Assembly: GCA_041690595.1 (NCBI GenBank)
Contig: JAWLHB010000016.1
Location: 1 to 64,000, forward strand
Reading direction: 5' to 3'
DNA: 64,000 nt
Origin: Lentisphaeria bacterium
GTDB taxonomy: Bacteria; Verrucomicrobiota; Lentisphaeria; JABSQK01; JAWLHB01
Each line of letters starts with the position of its first letter. Position 1 is the first letter of the stretch. A program made the position numbers and the translations under genes. This document shows positions 27,901-37,578 of the stretch, one piece after another. A model generated the notes under the pieces. That model had not been told where the DNA came from. It worked only from the letters and a program-made list of their open reading frames with translations, and searched no databases.

Positions 27901-30900
27901 TTCAGCGTCAACTTCGCTTCGCCGGCCAGCCCGCTCGCCACATCCGTCACCTTCACCGCGCAAGCGCCGGCTGGATCCGAAAAGGCGATGTGGAAGGTGT
28001 GGCTGAAGCTCGTCTCGGTGACCGGCAGAATTGCGGTGCGCCCCTGCAGCGGCTGCCCATCCGGTCCGAGCAACTCCAGGCGAACCACGCTTCCCGGCAG
28101 GAGATTGGAGAGCGTTGCGTCGAGCGTGCTTCCAAGTGGCGCGTTCTCACTGGCAAGCGCAATGGCGGGCGCCGTCGGCTCCGTCTCGTAGATCGTGAAG
28201 AGCTGGAAGGGGCTCTCCAACTCGACCTGCCAACTGGCCCCCTTGGTGAAGGGCCCGACTCCGGTTCGATAGACGATGGCCTCCTCCGGCAGCGTGAAGG
28301 TGGCCGTCTTGCCCACGTCCGACTGCGCCGCCAGGAGTCCCAGCACGTGACAGGAACCCGTATCGCGCAGCCGAATCACGGCGCGGCTGCCGTCGATGCC
28401 GTCGACGCGCACGGGCGGCTCAATGCCCACCGCCGCGATCATGGCCCGCAGGAAGCCGTCCAGCGGCGTTTCCGCGGACGCCGTCGACTCCGCGGCGCTC
28501 AGATTGAAGTTGAGGAGTATCGCCTGACCTTGCCCGACCACCTGCCGCTGCAGTGCTGGCGTCTCTGGCGACGTCAGCGCCTTATCCGCCCGGAAGGCGA
28601 GGCTGTCTCCACCGACCTGCAGCGCGCCGTCAATGGGTGCCATGGTCAGCGCCGCTTCGCCCTTCAGCTCCGGTTGCCCGAACAGCTTGGCAAGCGCGCT
28701 GACCGGCCGCGGACGCCCGAAACCGTCGAGAATCCCCGGATTCAGATCGGCGATGACGGTACCCCCGCCGTTGACGAAGGCCTCGATAGCGGCAGCTTCC
28801 GCATCGGTCACCACCGACGAGCCGAAGAGGAAGAGGAGTCGGGCGTTCCCCAACTCACCCTTTTCCAACCGGCCGGTCGGGATGAAGTCGAAATTGAGCC
28901 CGGCACTGTAGCAGACGCGCATGAAGGCGGCCATGGAGTCGCGCGGGTTGGGATTGCGCTCGTCGTAGAGGCGCATGGAGTCGCTCAGATGGCTCCAGTG
29001 GATGGCGATGCCATGATCTGCCAGGGGCGAGGTCACGAGCAGCGGCGCCAGCCCGCCGTCGAGGGCCTCAAGGGCGGGCAGCATGGCACGAACATACTCC
29101 GGCAGCGACAGGTCAGACGCAAGCCCTTCCGAGGTTCCCGGGCTGGCTGCATACCACGCACTCCCATTGACCGTCCCCTGCAGCAGCGGACGCCAGAGAG
29201 GCATGGGGAAACCCGCCCGGCCGCCATGCGAACCCACGTAGCCGCCCCACCAGAGCATGCGCAACTTCTCTGGCGCGAGGCTTCGCAGCACCTCGTCCAT
29301 CACTTCATTGCTGTAGGGGCCCCAGAAGTCCAGACGCTCGATCGTATACTCCAGATCGCCCGGCACCGAACCTTCCGCCCCTACCAGAGCGTAGGGATCG
29401 ATCTCGCGGATATCCTCGGCCAGCCCGTGATGGATGTCCGCATACTGATGCTCCACAAAGATCCGGTGGTCCAACCAGGCGGCGGGATTCTTGGCCTCGC
29501 GTGCCTCCTTGTCCGTCAGATGGGGCACCTCATCGAACGACGTGAAGGTACCATTCCAAGCTTGATTGAGAGCATCGAGACTGCCGTAACGCTGGGCGAG
29601 AAACTGGCGGAAGGCTGCATTGTCGGCTGGAGAGAAGCCCGCCTCGTAAGAGAAGTGATTCTCGTCGCCAAGGGTGTACACAAAGGGGCCATACTTGGGC
29701 AGATTGGTGATGCGGTGCTCGATGCCGTCGCGCCAGAGCTGGCGGACTTCAGGTCGATACCACGACTGATCCTCGAGCGCCTCCGCCTCCGCCTTCTTCT
29801 CCTTCGGCAGGAAGAACCAGTTGCTCTGCTTGACCCACCCTTCACGCCCTTCTTCCGTCTGTGCCTGCAGCATGATCCGGGTCATATACGGCACGAAGCG
29901 CTGATCCTGAAGCGCGGCGACTCGGGCATTCTCCCCATCGGCCGAAGGATGCGTCAGACCCGCCCGCCAGCCCAGTTGCTGTACCACGGCCTGCGCATAG
30001 ATCGGCGCAAGCATGTCAGGAACGCTGTTCCAGACGATCCACGGAAAGAGTTCTACATCGTGCGTGGGCAGGAACAGCTCCCGTTCCAGCCGCTGCGCCA
30101 CCTCCCCGCCGCTCACCACACTCACATTGACGTAACCCGCGATGGTCGGCATCCACGGACGCGGAAACGAGATCGTCGCCTCCCGCGAACCGGCCGGTAC
30201 CGCCACCTCCTGCCGCCACCAGCTCCGCCGGTAGGGGGAGTCGTAGAACTCCACCAGCAGCCTCACCGCTCCGGGAAGGGGCTCCGCCCACCGCATCGTG
30301 GCGGTATTCTCCTCGCCCGGCTGCATTGATTCACGGGCGAGCGACAGCTCGGCGGCCGGTAGGCTCGATTCCACCTCGAACGTATGGAAGCCAAAGGTGA
30401 TGACCTGATCGTTCTGCCGCACGATGAGGTCGGCCGTATAGGTGCCGGCAGGCAGCGACTTCAGCCGCAGGCTCTCACTGGCGCCATCGGGACCAAGCTC
30501 AATCGCAAGCTGCCCGTGCTGAAGCTGCTCGTTCCACGCGTCGCGCAGCCGTACATCGACGGTGACCTTCCCGCCGCCGGCGCCCGTGGCATCCACCGTA
30601 AGGGTGCCCTCCTCAACCGCGGCAGTCAAGCTGATGGGCGCCTGGCGACCGGCAGCCCAAAGCAGCGTACGGCCGATGAAGGCCAGATTGTTCTCGTACC
30701 GCGCCTTCCAATACGCGTCGCAAATGCCCTGTGGCGTTAGGCTGAGGCCACCATAGTAGGCTCCATGGCTGTTCTTGTAGTCAATGACCGCGATACGACC
30801 CTCGCCAAAGCCGTAGGTGGCGAGGATGTCCTCACCCCGTTCGGCGGCCTTCGGCAGCAGGCCGTCCAGGCTCACCAGATCGAGCACGCTCTGCTCCTCG

Positions 30901-31412
30901 TCGATCGGATTCGCCAGCATCTTCTTGAACGGAAGCGGACGTGGGTGCACCAGCACCAGCCCCGCACCTTCACTGACCTGACGCAGAATGTAGTACTGCG
31001 CTTCCACCGGCAACGCCCGGAAGGTGAAATTGCCGATGACGATCACCTCGTAGCTCTCCTGCAGCTTGCCCAGCAGCTCCTGCGTCTTCTCGTAGATGGT
31101 CGTCCCTTCGATAGCGCTCTCGTACATGTCCTCGACAGCCAGTGCGCTGTCGTGACGCGTCGTTACCGCTGTATAGTCAAGCTCCATGCGCTGCGCCATC
31201 TCGATGACCTCCCGGCCGCCGATGGAGCGCGGAACGATGAAGAGGCTCTTCAGCGCTCCACCCGCCAGCGGCGTACCCCACTCCAGGTGAGGTGTCTCGA
31301 ATTCCATGGTCAGGTCGCGCAGGTAAGAGCCTTCGTGTTTCGCCGTGGCCGTCAGCCCGAAGGTGGCGGCAAGCAGAGCGAAGATCCGGAGAAGTGGAAG
31401 ACGGATGAACAT
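27897..31412 (-). CDS. Secreted GH42/beta-galactosidase-like protein with trimerisation-type domain
   Basis: Signal peptide; YTLGDEN, FRQFLAQRYGSLDALNQAW, WLDHRIF, VGAEG, FVNGGGTVIADLNPGILDGFG. Confidence 0.65.
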   Translation of the reverse strand: MFIRLPLLRIFALLAATFGLTATAKHEGSYLRDLTMEFETPHLEWGTPLAGGALKSLFIVPRSIGGREVIEMAQRMELDYTAVTTRHDSALAVEDMYESAIEGTTIYEKTQELLGKLQESYEVIVIGNFTFRALPVEAQYYILRQVSEGAGLVLVHPRPLPFKKMLANPIDEEQSVLDLVSLDGLLPKAAERGEDILATYGFGEGRIAVIDYKNSHGAYYGGLSLTPQGICDAYWKARYENNLAFIGRTLLWAAGRQAPISLTAAVEEGTLTVDATGAGGGKVTVDVRLRDAWNEQLQHGQLAIELGPDGASESLRLKSLPAGTYTADLIVRQNDQVITFGFHTFEVESSLPAAELSLARESMQPGEENTATMRWAEPLPGAVRLLVEFYDSPYRRSWWRQEVAVPAGSREATISFPRPWMPTIAGYVNVSVVSGGEVAQRLERELFLPTHDVELFPWIVWNSVPDMLAPIYAQAVVQQLGWRAGLTHPSADGENARVAALQDQRFVPYMTRIMLQAQTEEGREGWVKQSNWFFLPKEKKAEAEALEDQSWYRPEVRQLWRDGIEHRITNLPKYGPFVYTLGDENHFSYEAGFSPADNAAFRQFLAQRYGSLDALNQAWNGTFTSFDEVPHLTDKEAREAKNPAAWLDHRIFVEHQYADIHHGLAEDIREIDPYALVGAEGSVPGDLEYTIERLDFWGPYSNEVMDEVLRSLAPEKLRMLWWGGYVGSHGGRAGFPMPLWRPLLQGTVNGSAWYAASPGTSEGLASDLSLPEYVRAMLPALEALDGGLAPLLVTSPLADHGIAIHWSHLSDSMRLYDERNPNPRDSMAAFMRVCYSAGLNFDFIPTGRLEKGELGNARLLFLFGSSVVTDAEAAAIEAFVNGGGTVIADLNPGILDGFGRPRPVSALAKLFGQPELKGEAALTMAPIDGALQVGGDSLAFRADKALTSPETPALQRQVVGQGQAILLNFNLSAAESTASAETPLDGFLRAMIAAVGIEPPVRVDGIDGSRAVIRLRDTGSCHVLGLLAAQSDVGKTATFTLPEEAIVYRTGVGPFTKGASWQVELESPFQLFTIYETEPTAPAIALASENAPLGSTLDATLSNLLPGSVVRLELLGPDGQPLQGRTAILPVTETSFSHTFHIAFSDPAGACAVKVTDVASGLAGEAKLTLK

Positions 31413-31434
31413 GACAGATAGTCCTTTTTGCGGA

Positions 31435-32517
31435 TCAGAGAGTGGCGAGCAAAGCGGCGATGGCGATCTGCCAGCGCAGGTCGTCCAGTTCCTGGGTGAT
31501 GGTGTCCAGGCTGCGGGTCGTGGCAACCGCGGCAAGCGGCTCCGAGATCGAGCGGTCGATATCATCCGCCCTCCCCTGCAGTTCCTCGAGGCGCTGCGTG
31601 AACTCACGCGCAGCCTTCTCGTCCGTCAGCTTGGCCAGCTCTTGGTTGACGTTGGCGACAGCCGTCGTCGTGTCGCTCCAAGCCGCCTCGATCTGGTCAG
31701 CGGCCTGGCGGTAGATGGCGCGTCCCGCTTCCGTGGAGAGCAGGAAGCCTTCCCCAATCGGCAGGCTCCACGGCGGCGCAATGCGATTCGCCAGAATCTC
31801 GCCGATGCGTGTGGTGTCGAGCGTCGCGCCCCCATCCGCAAAATAAAGATAGCCGAAATCTTCCGCCCGGGCGTAACTGCCCCCCGGGGACCAGGTCACC
31901 CCTTGGAACTTGCCCGTCGTCCACGCATAGCGAACATGGCAGAAGCGCCACAGATCCCCCGCCGCCGCTGGCCGCCCCAGATCGCTCCACGGAAAGAAGG
32001 CCTCGATGGTCCACGCATCCTCGCCGATCCACGTTCGCGCCTGCCAGCCATGTCCGTTCCAGTTCGGCTCACTGACGGCCCCGTCGATCTTACGCGTATC
32101 GCCGATCACCCCCGCCGCGTTGACCACAAAGCGGCAGTAGCCGATCGAGCTGCCCGAGGCGTCCACATAGAACTCAGCGCAATCGTCCTGCCAGAGTCCG
32201 GCCGCGTCGCGGCTGGTCTGTGTCACCCGCAGCTTATCCAGCTCCTCATCGAAGTTGGTGATGCCGATGTAGAGCCCGCGTTCACTGTAGGCGATCTGCA
32301 TGGCGGTATTGAGTACGCCGCGCGCGGGATTCGGTTTCCAGTACTCGTAGTAAGTCGTGGCAAGGTCCGCCTGCTGCCAGCACGCCTCGTCAAGCTTACC
32401 GTCGATCACCGGAGCTGTTTCCACCGGGCGCGCCACATAAAAGGCAATGCTGCGCGTTTGAGCTAGTGCCGCCGATGAGCCGGCAATCAGAATGGCCAAG
32501 AGCAGTTTCTTCCACAC
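31435..32517 (-). CDS. Secreted CBM9-like sugar-binding protein with C-terminal helical tail
   Basis: Signal peptide; APVIDGKLDEACW, LYIG, WQDDCAEFYVD, WTIEAFFPWSDLG. Confidence 0.75.
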   Translation of the reverse strand: MWKKLLLAILIAGSSAALAQTRSIAFYVARPVETAPVIDGKLDEACWQQADLATTYYEYWKPNPARGVLNTAMQIAYSERGLYIGITNFDEELDKLRVTQTSRDAAGLWQDDCAEFYVDASGSSIGYCRFVVNAAGVIGDTRKIDGAVSEPNWNGHGWQARTWIGEDAWTIEAFFPWSDLGRPAAAGDLWRFCHVRYAWTTGKFQGVTWSPGGSYARAEDFGYLYFADGGATLDTTRIGEILANRIAPPWSLPIGEGFLLSTEAGRAIYRQAADQIEAAWSDTTTAVANVNQELAKLTDEKAAREFTQRLEELQGRADDIDRSISEPLAAVATTRSLDTITQELDDLRWQIAIAALLATL

Positions 32518-32545
32518 AATATGCCTCTCCGCGGGTTAGGAGGTT

Positions 32546-33295
32546 TTACAATCCAGGAATCGTTGTAGTGGTGAAGCCCGGGGCAAGGCCGCCGCGGACG
32601 AAGAACGTATTGAAACGCGCCGCGAACGACGTGCCCGGATAGCCCAGCTCACATGGCGCCCGGTTCGGCTGAATACTGCTCGCATGCAGATCGTAGAAGA
32701 CCGCGCTCGCTTTCCCCAGATGCCGGAACGCCGGTGAAGTACCATAGCTGGTCGGTAGATGGGCGGGCGTGGTGGCATACACTTCGACTATGGCGTGGCC
32801 GTAGTTCTCCATGACCAGATTGACCCGATCCGGCTCGCGCACCGCATCCTGCCGCTGAGGTGGCTGATAAAGCCAGGAACCCGTGTTGTTGTACCCCTGC
32901 GTCGCCCCCACCTGCAGCCCATAGCTCGTCTTGTAGTTGACGCGACTCATGATGCCCGGATCGCTCGCGCAATGAAACGTCCGCACATTCGCCGAGCTCG
33001 TCGCACCAGGCTGCACCAGCGGAGCCATATCATTGCTCCACACATACCAGTCATCCGCCGGCGGCGACCAGCTGGCGCAGTTGCGCGGCCCCGGGAAAAA
33101 GCCATTGTTCCCGTCGCTGTACTCCGCGCAGGCCAGACCGATCTGCCGTATGTTGTTGAGACAGCTTGTGCCGCGGGCTCCTTCCCGCGCCCGGCTCAAC
33201 GCCGGCAGCAGCATCGAAGCCAGAATGGCGATTATCGCCACCACCACCAGCAACTCGATGAGGGTGAAGGCAGCATGACTTGTGGACTTGCGCAT
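32546..33295 (-). CDS. Prepilin-type N-terminal cleavage/methylation protein (DUF1559-like)
   Basis: [61 protein letters not shown] (H-X9-DL variant). Confidence 0.9.
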   Translation of the reverse strand: MRKSTSHAAFTLIELLVVVAIIAILASMLLPALSRAREGARGTSCLNNIRQIGLACAEYSDGNNGFFPGPRNCASWSPPADDWYVWSNDMAPLVQPGATSSANVRTFHCASDPGIMSRVNYKTSYGLQVGATQGYNNTGSWLYQPPQRQDAVREPDRVNLVMENYGHAIVEVYATTPAHLPTSYGTSPAFRHLGKASAVFYDLHASSIQPNRAPCELGYPGTSFAARFNTFFVRGGLAPGFTTTTIPGL

Positions 33296-33390
33296 CGTTA
33301 TCATCTCCTCGGTAAATTTGTGGCTCCAACTAACGACTCGTCATCCGTCCCCAATCCGGCGCGACCCCCTGCGACGCACCGCCTATACTT

Positions 33391-33418
33391 ATTGTATCCT
33401 ACAATTGTTCGATTGCAA
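33391..33418 (-). promoter_or_regulatory. Sigma70-like promoter with overlapping palindromic operator
   Basis: Minus strand TTGCAA-N16-TACAAT. Perfect inverted repeat ATTGTA-TCC-TACAAT at 33391-33405 covers the -10 box. Confidence 0.6.
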
Positions 33419-33541
33419 GACTCAGACCGAATACTGTCAGGAGGTTGAGGTTGACCGTACACCTCTTTCATGATAGCCTACTGCACCCCTGCTATCAAAT
33501 CACCGCCCATGACACTTTCAACCCCCAGTCAGGATTCGTGC

Positions 33542-35542
33542 ATGTTCGTTCATTTCTTTCCGCCTCAGAACGTCCTAAAGCAATTTCCAGTGAACGGACG
33601 GGCAGTCGCCTGTGACCCGAAACGGCCTGGGGATCGGCGGTTGGCCGAGCGGCTGGCCGCACACTTTGGCGCTACGATAGTCGATCTGCCGGACCACCCT
33701 GACGGCGACGATTGTGCCGTCGTCATCGCCACCACAGAGCAAGCCGCGCCCGAGCTGGCCACGCGATTGCCGGCCAACGTCGAGCGGTTCGATGCGACCT
33801 CCTTCGTCGCGCTTCTGCCCGATACCCAGCACCCTCTCCTCTGGATCGGCGGCAAGGGAAACGACGCCCTCAACGATACCGTCAGCTTCCTCGATGACAT
33901 CCTGGATGACCTGCTCGTGGATTACCTCCTCGCGGGCGACTTTCACATGCACACCACCGTTTCCGATGGCCTCACCGATCCCGCCGATCTCCCCGCCTGG
34001 ATTGATAAGGCCAGGCTGGACGCCTTTGCCGTGACCGACCATAATTCGACCGCGAGCGTCGACGAGGTGCGGCGCGCCACCAGGCCCGGCATCCCTGTAC
34101 TCAAGGGGCAGGAGCTCACCGACAGCAAGAAGAATCATGTGGTCGTCCTCGGCGAGCGGGCCGACATCGGCACCCGCGATCCCGACGAGGTCGTCGCCAG
34201 ATGGCGCAACCGCGACGTCGTCATCTTTCAGGCCCACGCCACAGAGGCCGACTACTTTCGCGTCCTCGACGGGCGGGGCATCGGCGCGGAAGCCTTCAAC
34301 TTCCTTTCCAGCGCTCCCCAGGCCGGACGCGACTTCCTCGATAGCTGCCTGAAGGCTGGCCAAAAGGTGGCCGCTCTCGGCTGTTCCGATGCCCACCTCT
34401 CCGCCGATGTCGGTAAGGCGCGCACCTACCTGAAGGCCGCCGCCATGACTCCCGAAGCCATCCTGGAATCCCTCGCGGAAGGAGCATGCGTCGCCTACTA
34501 TCGCGGGCTCTTCTTCGGCGAATACAGGCTGCGGCGCATCCTCGAGCAGATCTACCGCCACTCCAACCTGCTCGACGGCAAGCTCGTTCCCCTCGACGAT
34601 GCCATCTACTACACTCCCGCCACCCCCGCGATCCCTGCGCCGGCGCTCCCTGATCCTCAGGCACTGACAACCGCCCCGCCTCCCTCGGCGCCACGTATCT
34701 TCTGCGGCCGCGAGAACTGCCAGTGCGGCGAAGAATGGTTTCCCCTCCCGGAAGCCCCCACCGACGCGGTTCTGGTGGGGCAGCGGCAGGAGCTGCTCGC
34801 CCAGATCAACGGCATCACCCGCCATATCACCCTTCACACCGGGCTCGATCTCGACCTCACCCCCCTCCTGCGCGCTGGCGCCAACGAGATGATCTTCAGC
34901 GAGCTTCCCCAGCCCGATTGTGTCCGCTTGTGTGTCGGCAACGAACTGATGGAGTGGCAGATCCGCGAAGATTCCAGCCGGCCCTTCCGCCCCATCACCC
35001 GCGCCTCCAATCTGCAGATCCTCGGCCTCGCTCCCAAAAACTTCTATGGCAGCTTCGAATATCGCGCCCTCTTCAACCATCCCGGCAGCGGCCCCGGTCT
35101 GCCGACACTCTTCTTCGACGGCATCGACGGCGACATCGACATCATCCTCGATGGCCAAACTCTGCTCACCCGCGGCATGCTGCACTGGGAAGATGCCCTC
35201 GAGGTGCCGATCCCCCCGGAAATCAGCGAAGGGCAGCTCGAACTCAGGATCGTCCTGCGAAACGAGGTGGGCCTCTGTGGCGTCACCAATCGTGCCTACG
35301 CCGGCTGGAGCATTCCCCTGACCGGGAAGCGCAACCAGTTCAACCTCGTCGGCGGCGAAGATCTCCTCGTGCTCCGCGCCGGAGAGACCCGAGCCCGCGG
35401 CTTCCTCTGCGATCGCGACTACAAGCTGGTCGACAGCTTCCTTGCCAACGGCGCCCCCTACCCCATCAAGCGTCAGGCCGCCTGGCTCGTCGTCAATTCC
35501 TTTCAAGGCAGAACCCACGCCCAGCTCCACCATCCCCGCTGA
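33542..35542 (+). CDS. PHP-family metallophosphoesterase fused to C-terminal galactose-binding-like domain
   Basis: GDFHMHTTVSDG, AVTDHN, GQEL, QAH, EAFN, GCSDAH; C-terminal FDGIDGDIDIILDG...LRIVLRN..G..G. Start uncertain (33470-33542). Confidence 0.75.
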   Translation: MFVHFFPPQNVLKQFPVNGRAVACDPKRPGDRRLAERLAAHFGATIVDLPDHPDGDDCAVVIATTEQAAPELATRLPANVERFDATSFVALLPDTQHPLLWIGGKGNDALNDTVSFLDDILDDLLVDYLLAGDFHMHTTVSDGLTDPADLPAWIDKARLDAFAVTDHNSTASVDEVRRATRPGIPVLKGQELTDSKKNHVVVLGERADIGTRDPDEVVARWRNRDVVIFQAHATEADYFRVLDGRGIGAEAFNFLSSAPQAGRDFLDSCLKAGQKVAALGCSDAHLSADVGKARTYLKAAAMTPEAILESLAEGACVAYYRGLFFGEYRLRRILEQIYRHSNLLDGKLVPLDDAIYYTPATPAIPAPALPDPQALTTAPPPSAPRIFCGRENCQCGEEWFPLPEAPTDAVLVGQRQELLAQINGITRHITLHTGLDLDLTPLLRAGANEMIFSELPQPDCVRLCVGNELMEWQIREDSSRPFRPITRASNLQILGLAPKNFYGSFEYRALFNHPGSGPGLPTLFFDGIDGDIDIILDGQTLLTRGMLHWEDALEVPIPPEISEGQLELRIVLRNEVGLCGVTNRAYAGWSIPLTGKRNQFNLVGGEDLLVLRAGETRARGFLCDRDYKLVDSFLANGAPYPIKRQAAWLVVNSFQGRTHAQLHHPR

Positions 35543-35747
35543 CCCGCCCCTCCTGAATGGCAGCTCTCCGGCTTCGCGCCATAGGTGCGGAGCCTGCTCC
35601 CGCATCATGTTGCCATTGGCGTCATCGGCATAGTAGCTCCAGCCCGTGCCCAGCTCATGTGAGCGCACTGTCCGTTTCGTCCGTGTGCCCCCGCGCCTGT
35701 TCATTCGCCCCGCCTCCTGGAACACTCATCCCCAGCCGGATTTCCGC

Positions 35748-36575
35748 TTACAAATGCCGGTGGCGGAAGGTGGTTGGAGCGACGCCGGTGTATTTCTTGA
35801 ACTGCCGCGAGAAGGTGTAAACATCCGCATAGCCGAACTGCTCAGCCACCTCTTTCATCAGGATGTCCTCCGTGATGAGGATGCTCTCGATCATTTCCAG
35901 CTTCTTCTGGATTCGATAGGCATTCGGCGAGACTCCGTAGAATGACGCGAAGACACGGCGAAAGTTGGTGCAGCTCATATTGAGTTTGCTCGCCAGCTCC
36001 GGGATGGCAATCGCATCGAGAAAATCCCGCTGCAGCAGTGTCGCGGCTTCCTCCATGGCGCTTCGCCATTTTTGGCTATTCGCCGGACGGGGCAGGAACA
36101 GATCCACGATAAGGGTGAAGGCCTCGCTGACCACCCGAGGCAGAGACAGTTCCGATTGTTCACGGGCTCGGCGAATCAGATGTTCGTGCCGTTCGACGAT
36201 ATCTTCTCTCAACCCCAGTTGGACAACTGGCTGCTCAACCGGCGCAAGTTCCATCTGCAGCAGCACCTCGTAGAAGTTGTAGGGGATGCTCAGGTATTTG
36301 TCAACATGGATGCCAGACATGCTTATCTTGGTATGAGGCGTGTCGGGGTGCCAGAGGCGAAGGGAGCCCGGCTGAAACGCGTACTCCTTGCCGGTAACTT
36401 CGTCTCTATAGAGTCCATGCCCGGCCAGATGGTAGCATACACAAAGCTGATCGCGCTGAATGAAGTTGAGTCCCTGCTTGGTGCGCTTGCAGACCGCGGT
36501 GCCCAACTCGATGTTGCGGCGCTGAATATGAGTCGGCTTCAGATCGGAAAGATGAATCGCGGATTCGCTGCTCAT
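35748..36575 (-). CDS. AraC-family transcriptional regulator
   Basis: IPELASKLNMSCTNFRRVFASFYGVSP, EVAEQFGYADVYTFSRQFKKYTGVAP; cupin-like N-terminus. Start refined to MSSESAIHL. Confidence 0.92.
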   Translation of the reverse strand: MSSESAIHLSDLKPTHIQRRNIELGTAVCKRTKQGLNFIQRDQLCVCYHLAGHGLYRDEVTGKEYAFQPGSLRLWHPDTPHTKISMSGIHVDKYLSIPYNFYEVLLQMELAPVEQPVVQLGLREDIVERHEHLIRRAREQSELSLPRVVSEAFTLIVDLFLPRPANSQKWRSAMEEAATLLQRDFLDAIAIPELASKLNMSCTNFRRVFASFYGVSPNAYRIQKKLEMIESILITEDILMKEVAEQFGYADVYTFSRQFKKYTGVAPTTFRHRHL

Positions 36576-36601
36576 GCCGTTTTGCCAGGGCTGATTGGAT
36601 G

Positions 36602-36718
36602 AAATGGTTGCATATAACAACCTGACGGTAGTCAAGCTGGTTGTCAAATGGCTGAGGCATGAATGAAACCGTTTTAAGAATGGTCGTTTATAACAAACCA
36701 TCGGTCGTTCATGCCATT
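36602..36718. promoter_or_regulatory. Divergent promoter region with candidate AraC half-sites
   Basis: GGTCGTT at 36682 and 36703 (21-bp spacing). AATGGTTGCATATAACAA (36603) resembles AATGGTCGTTTATAACAA (36679). Confidence 0.5.
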
Positions 36719-36807
36719 TCAATCCAACTCTATCCAAGCTATACTTCATTCCATCGCAACCTACACTCGCCGTGCCAACCACGCGTACCTGAGCGGAGAC
36801 CATCACC

Positions 36808-37536
36808 ATGAATCGAAGCGTGCCCTCGGCCCCCTGTTCACGAGATTTCACCTTGATCGAGCTGCTCGTCGTGATCGCCATTATCGCCATTCTGGCCAGT
36901 CTGCTTCTGCCTTCCCTGCAAGCCGCCAAGGCGAGAACGCGAGCGACCGCATGCCTGAACAATCTCAAGCAACAGGGCATGGCCATCAGTCTCTATCTGG
37001 ACGATTTTGACAATTCGTGGTGGCATCCGATGATGAAGGGAACGGACGGCAAGGACGTCCCCTGGCAGGTGATCGTGGCCCAAAGCACCGGGCTTTGCGA
37101 TGAGTTGACCAACACCTCCTATTCCACCAAGAGAGGCTTTGGCGTCCTCTTCTGCCCATCCGATCCGGGCGGGAGCACCTTCAAGTTCAGCAACTACCTG
37201 TTCAGCGGTGGCGGCACGGCGACCAGCAAGTCCGGCTTGGATTACAGGCGCTTATCGAGCGTCCCATATCCCAGTGAGGCGATGATGATCATGGATGGAT
37301 TGAGCAATAAGTTCTGCATCACCCAAATGTCCTGCTACCGCACCTACGCCACCATCACCGGTCGAAGCTTCGCCACCGCGATGGACATATACGCGCAATG
37401 TGCCCGTCATCCAGGCAGCTCGATCAACGCCGTCTACGTCGACGGACATGCGGGCTACGTTGGCGCCTCGTTTATCAGTAACCAACTGGCTAACGAGTAC
37501 AACTTGAAGTTCTTCGATCACTATCAACGCTGGTGA
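36808..37536 (+). CDS. Prepilin-type N-terminal cleavage/methylation protein (DUF1559-like)
   Basis: [56 protein letters not shown] (H-X10-DG). Confidence 0.9.
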   Translation: MNRSVPSAPCSRDFTLIELLVVIAIIAILASLLLPSLQAAKARTRATACLNNLKQQGMAISLYLDDFDNSWWHPMMKGTDGKDVPWQVIVAQSTGLCDELTNTSYSTKRGFGVLFCPSDPGGSTFKFSNYLFSGGGTATSKSGLDYRRLSSVPYPSEAMMIMDGLSNKFCITQMSCYRTYATITGRSFATAMDIYAQCARHPGSSINAVYVDGHAGYVGASFISNQLANEYNLKFFDHYQRW

Positions 37537-37578
37537 ACGCCGGCCAACACCACCACCCAAAGCGGGAGCATCCTGCCC

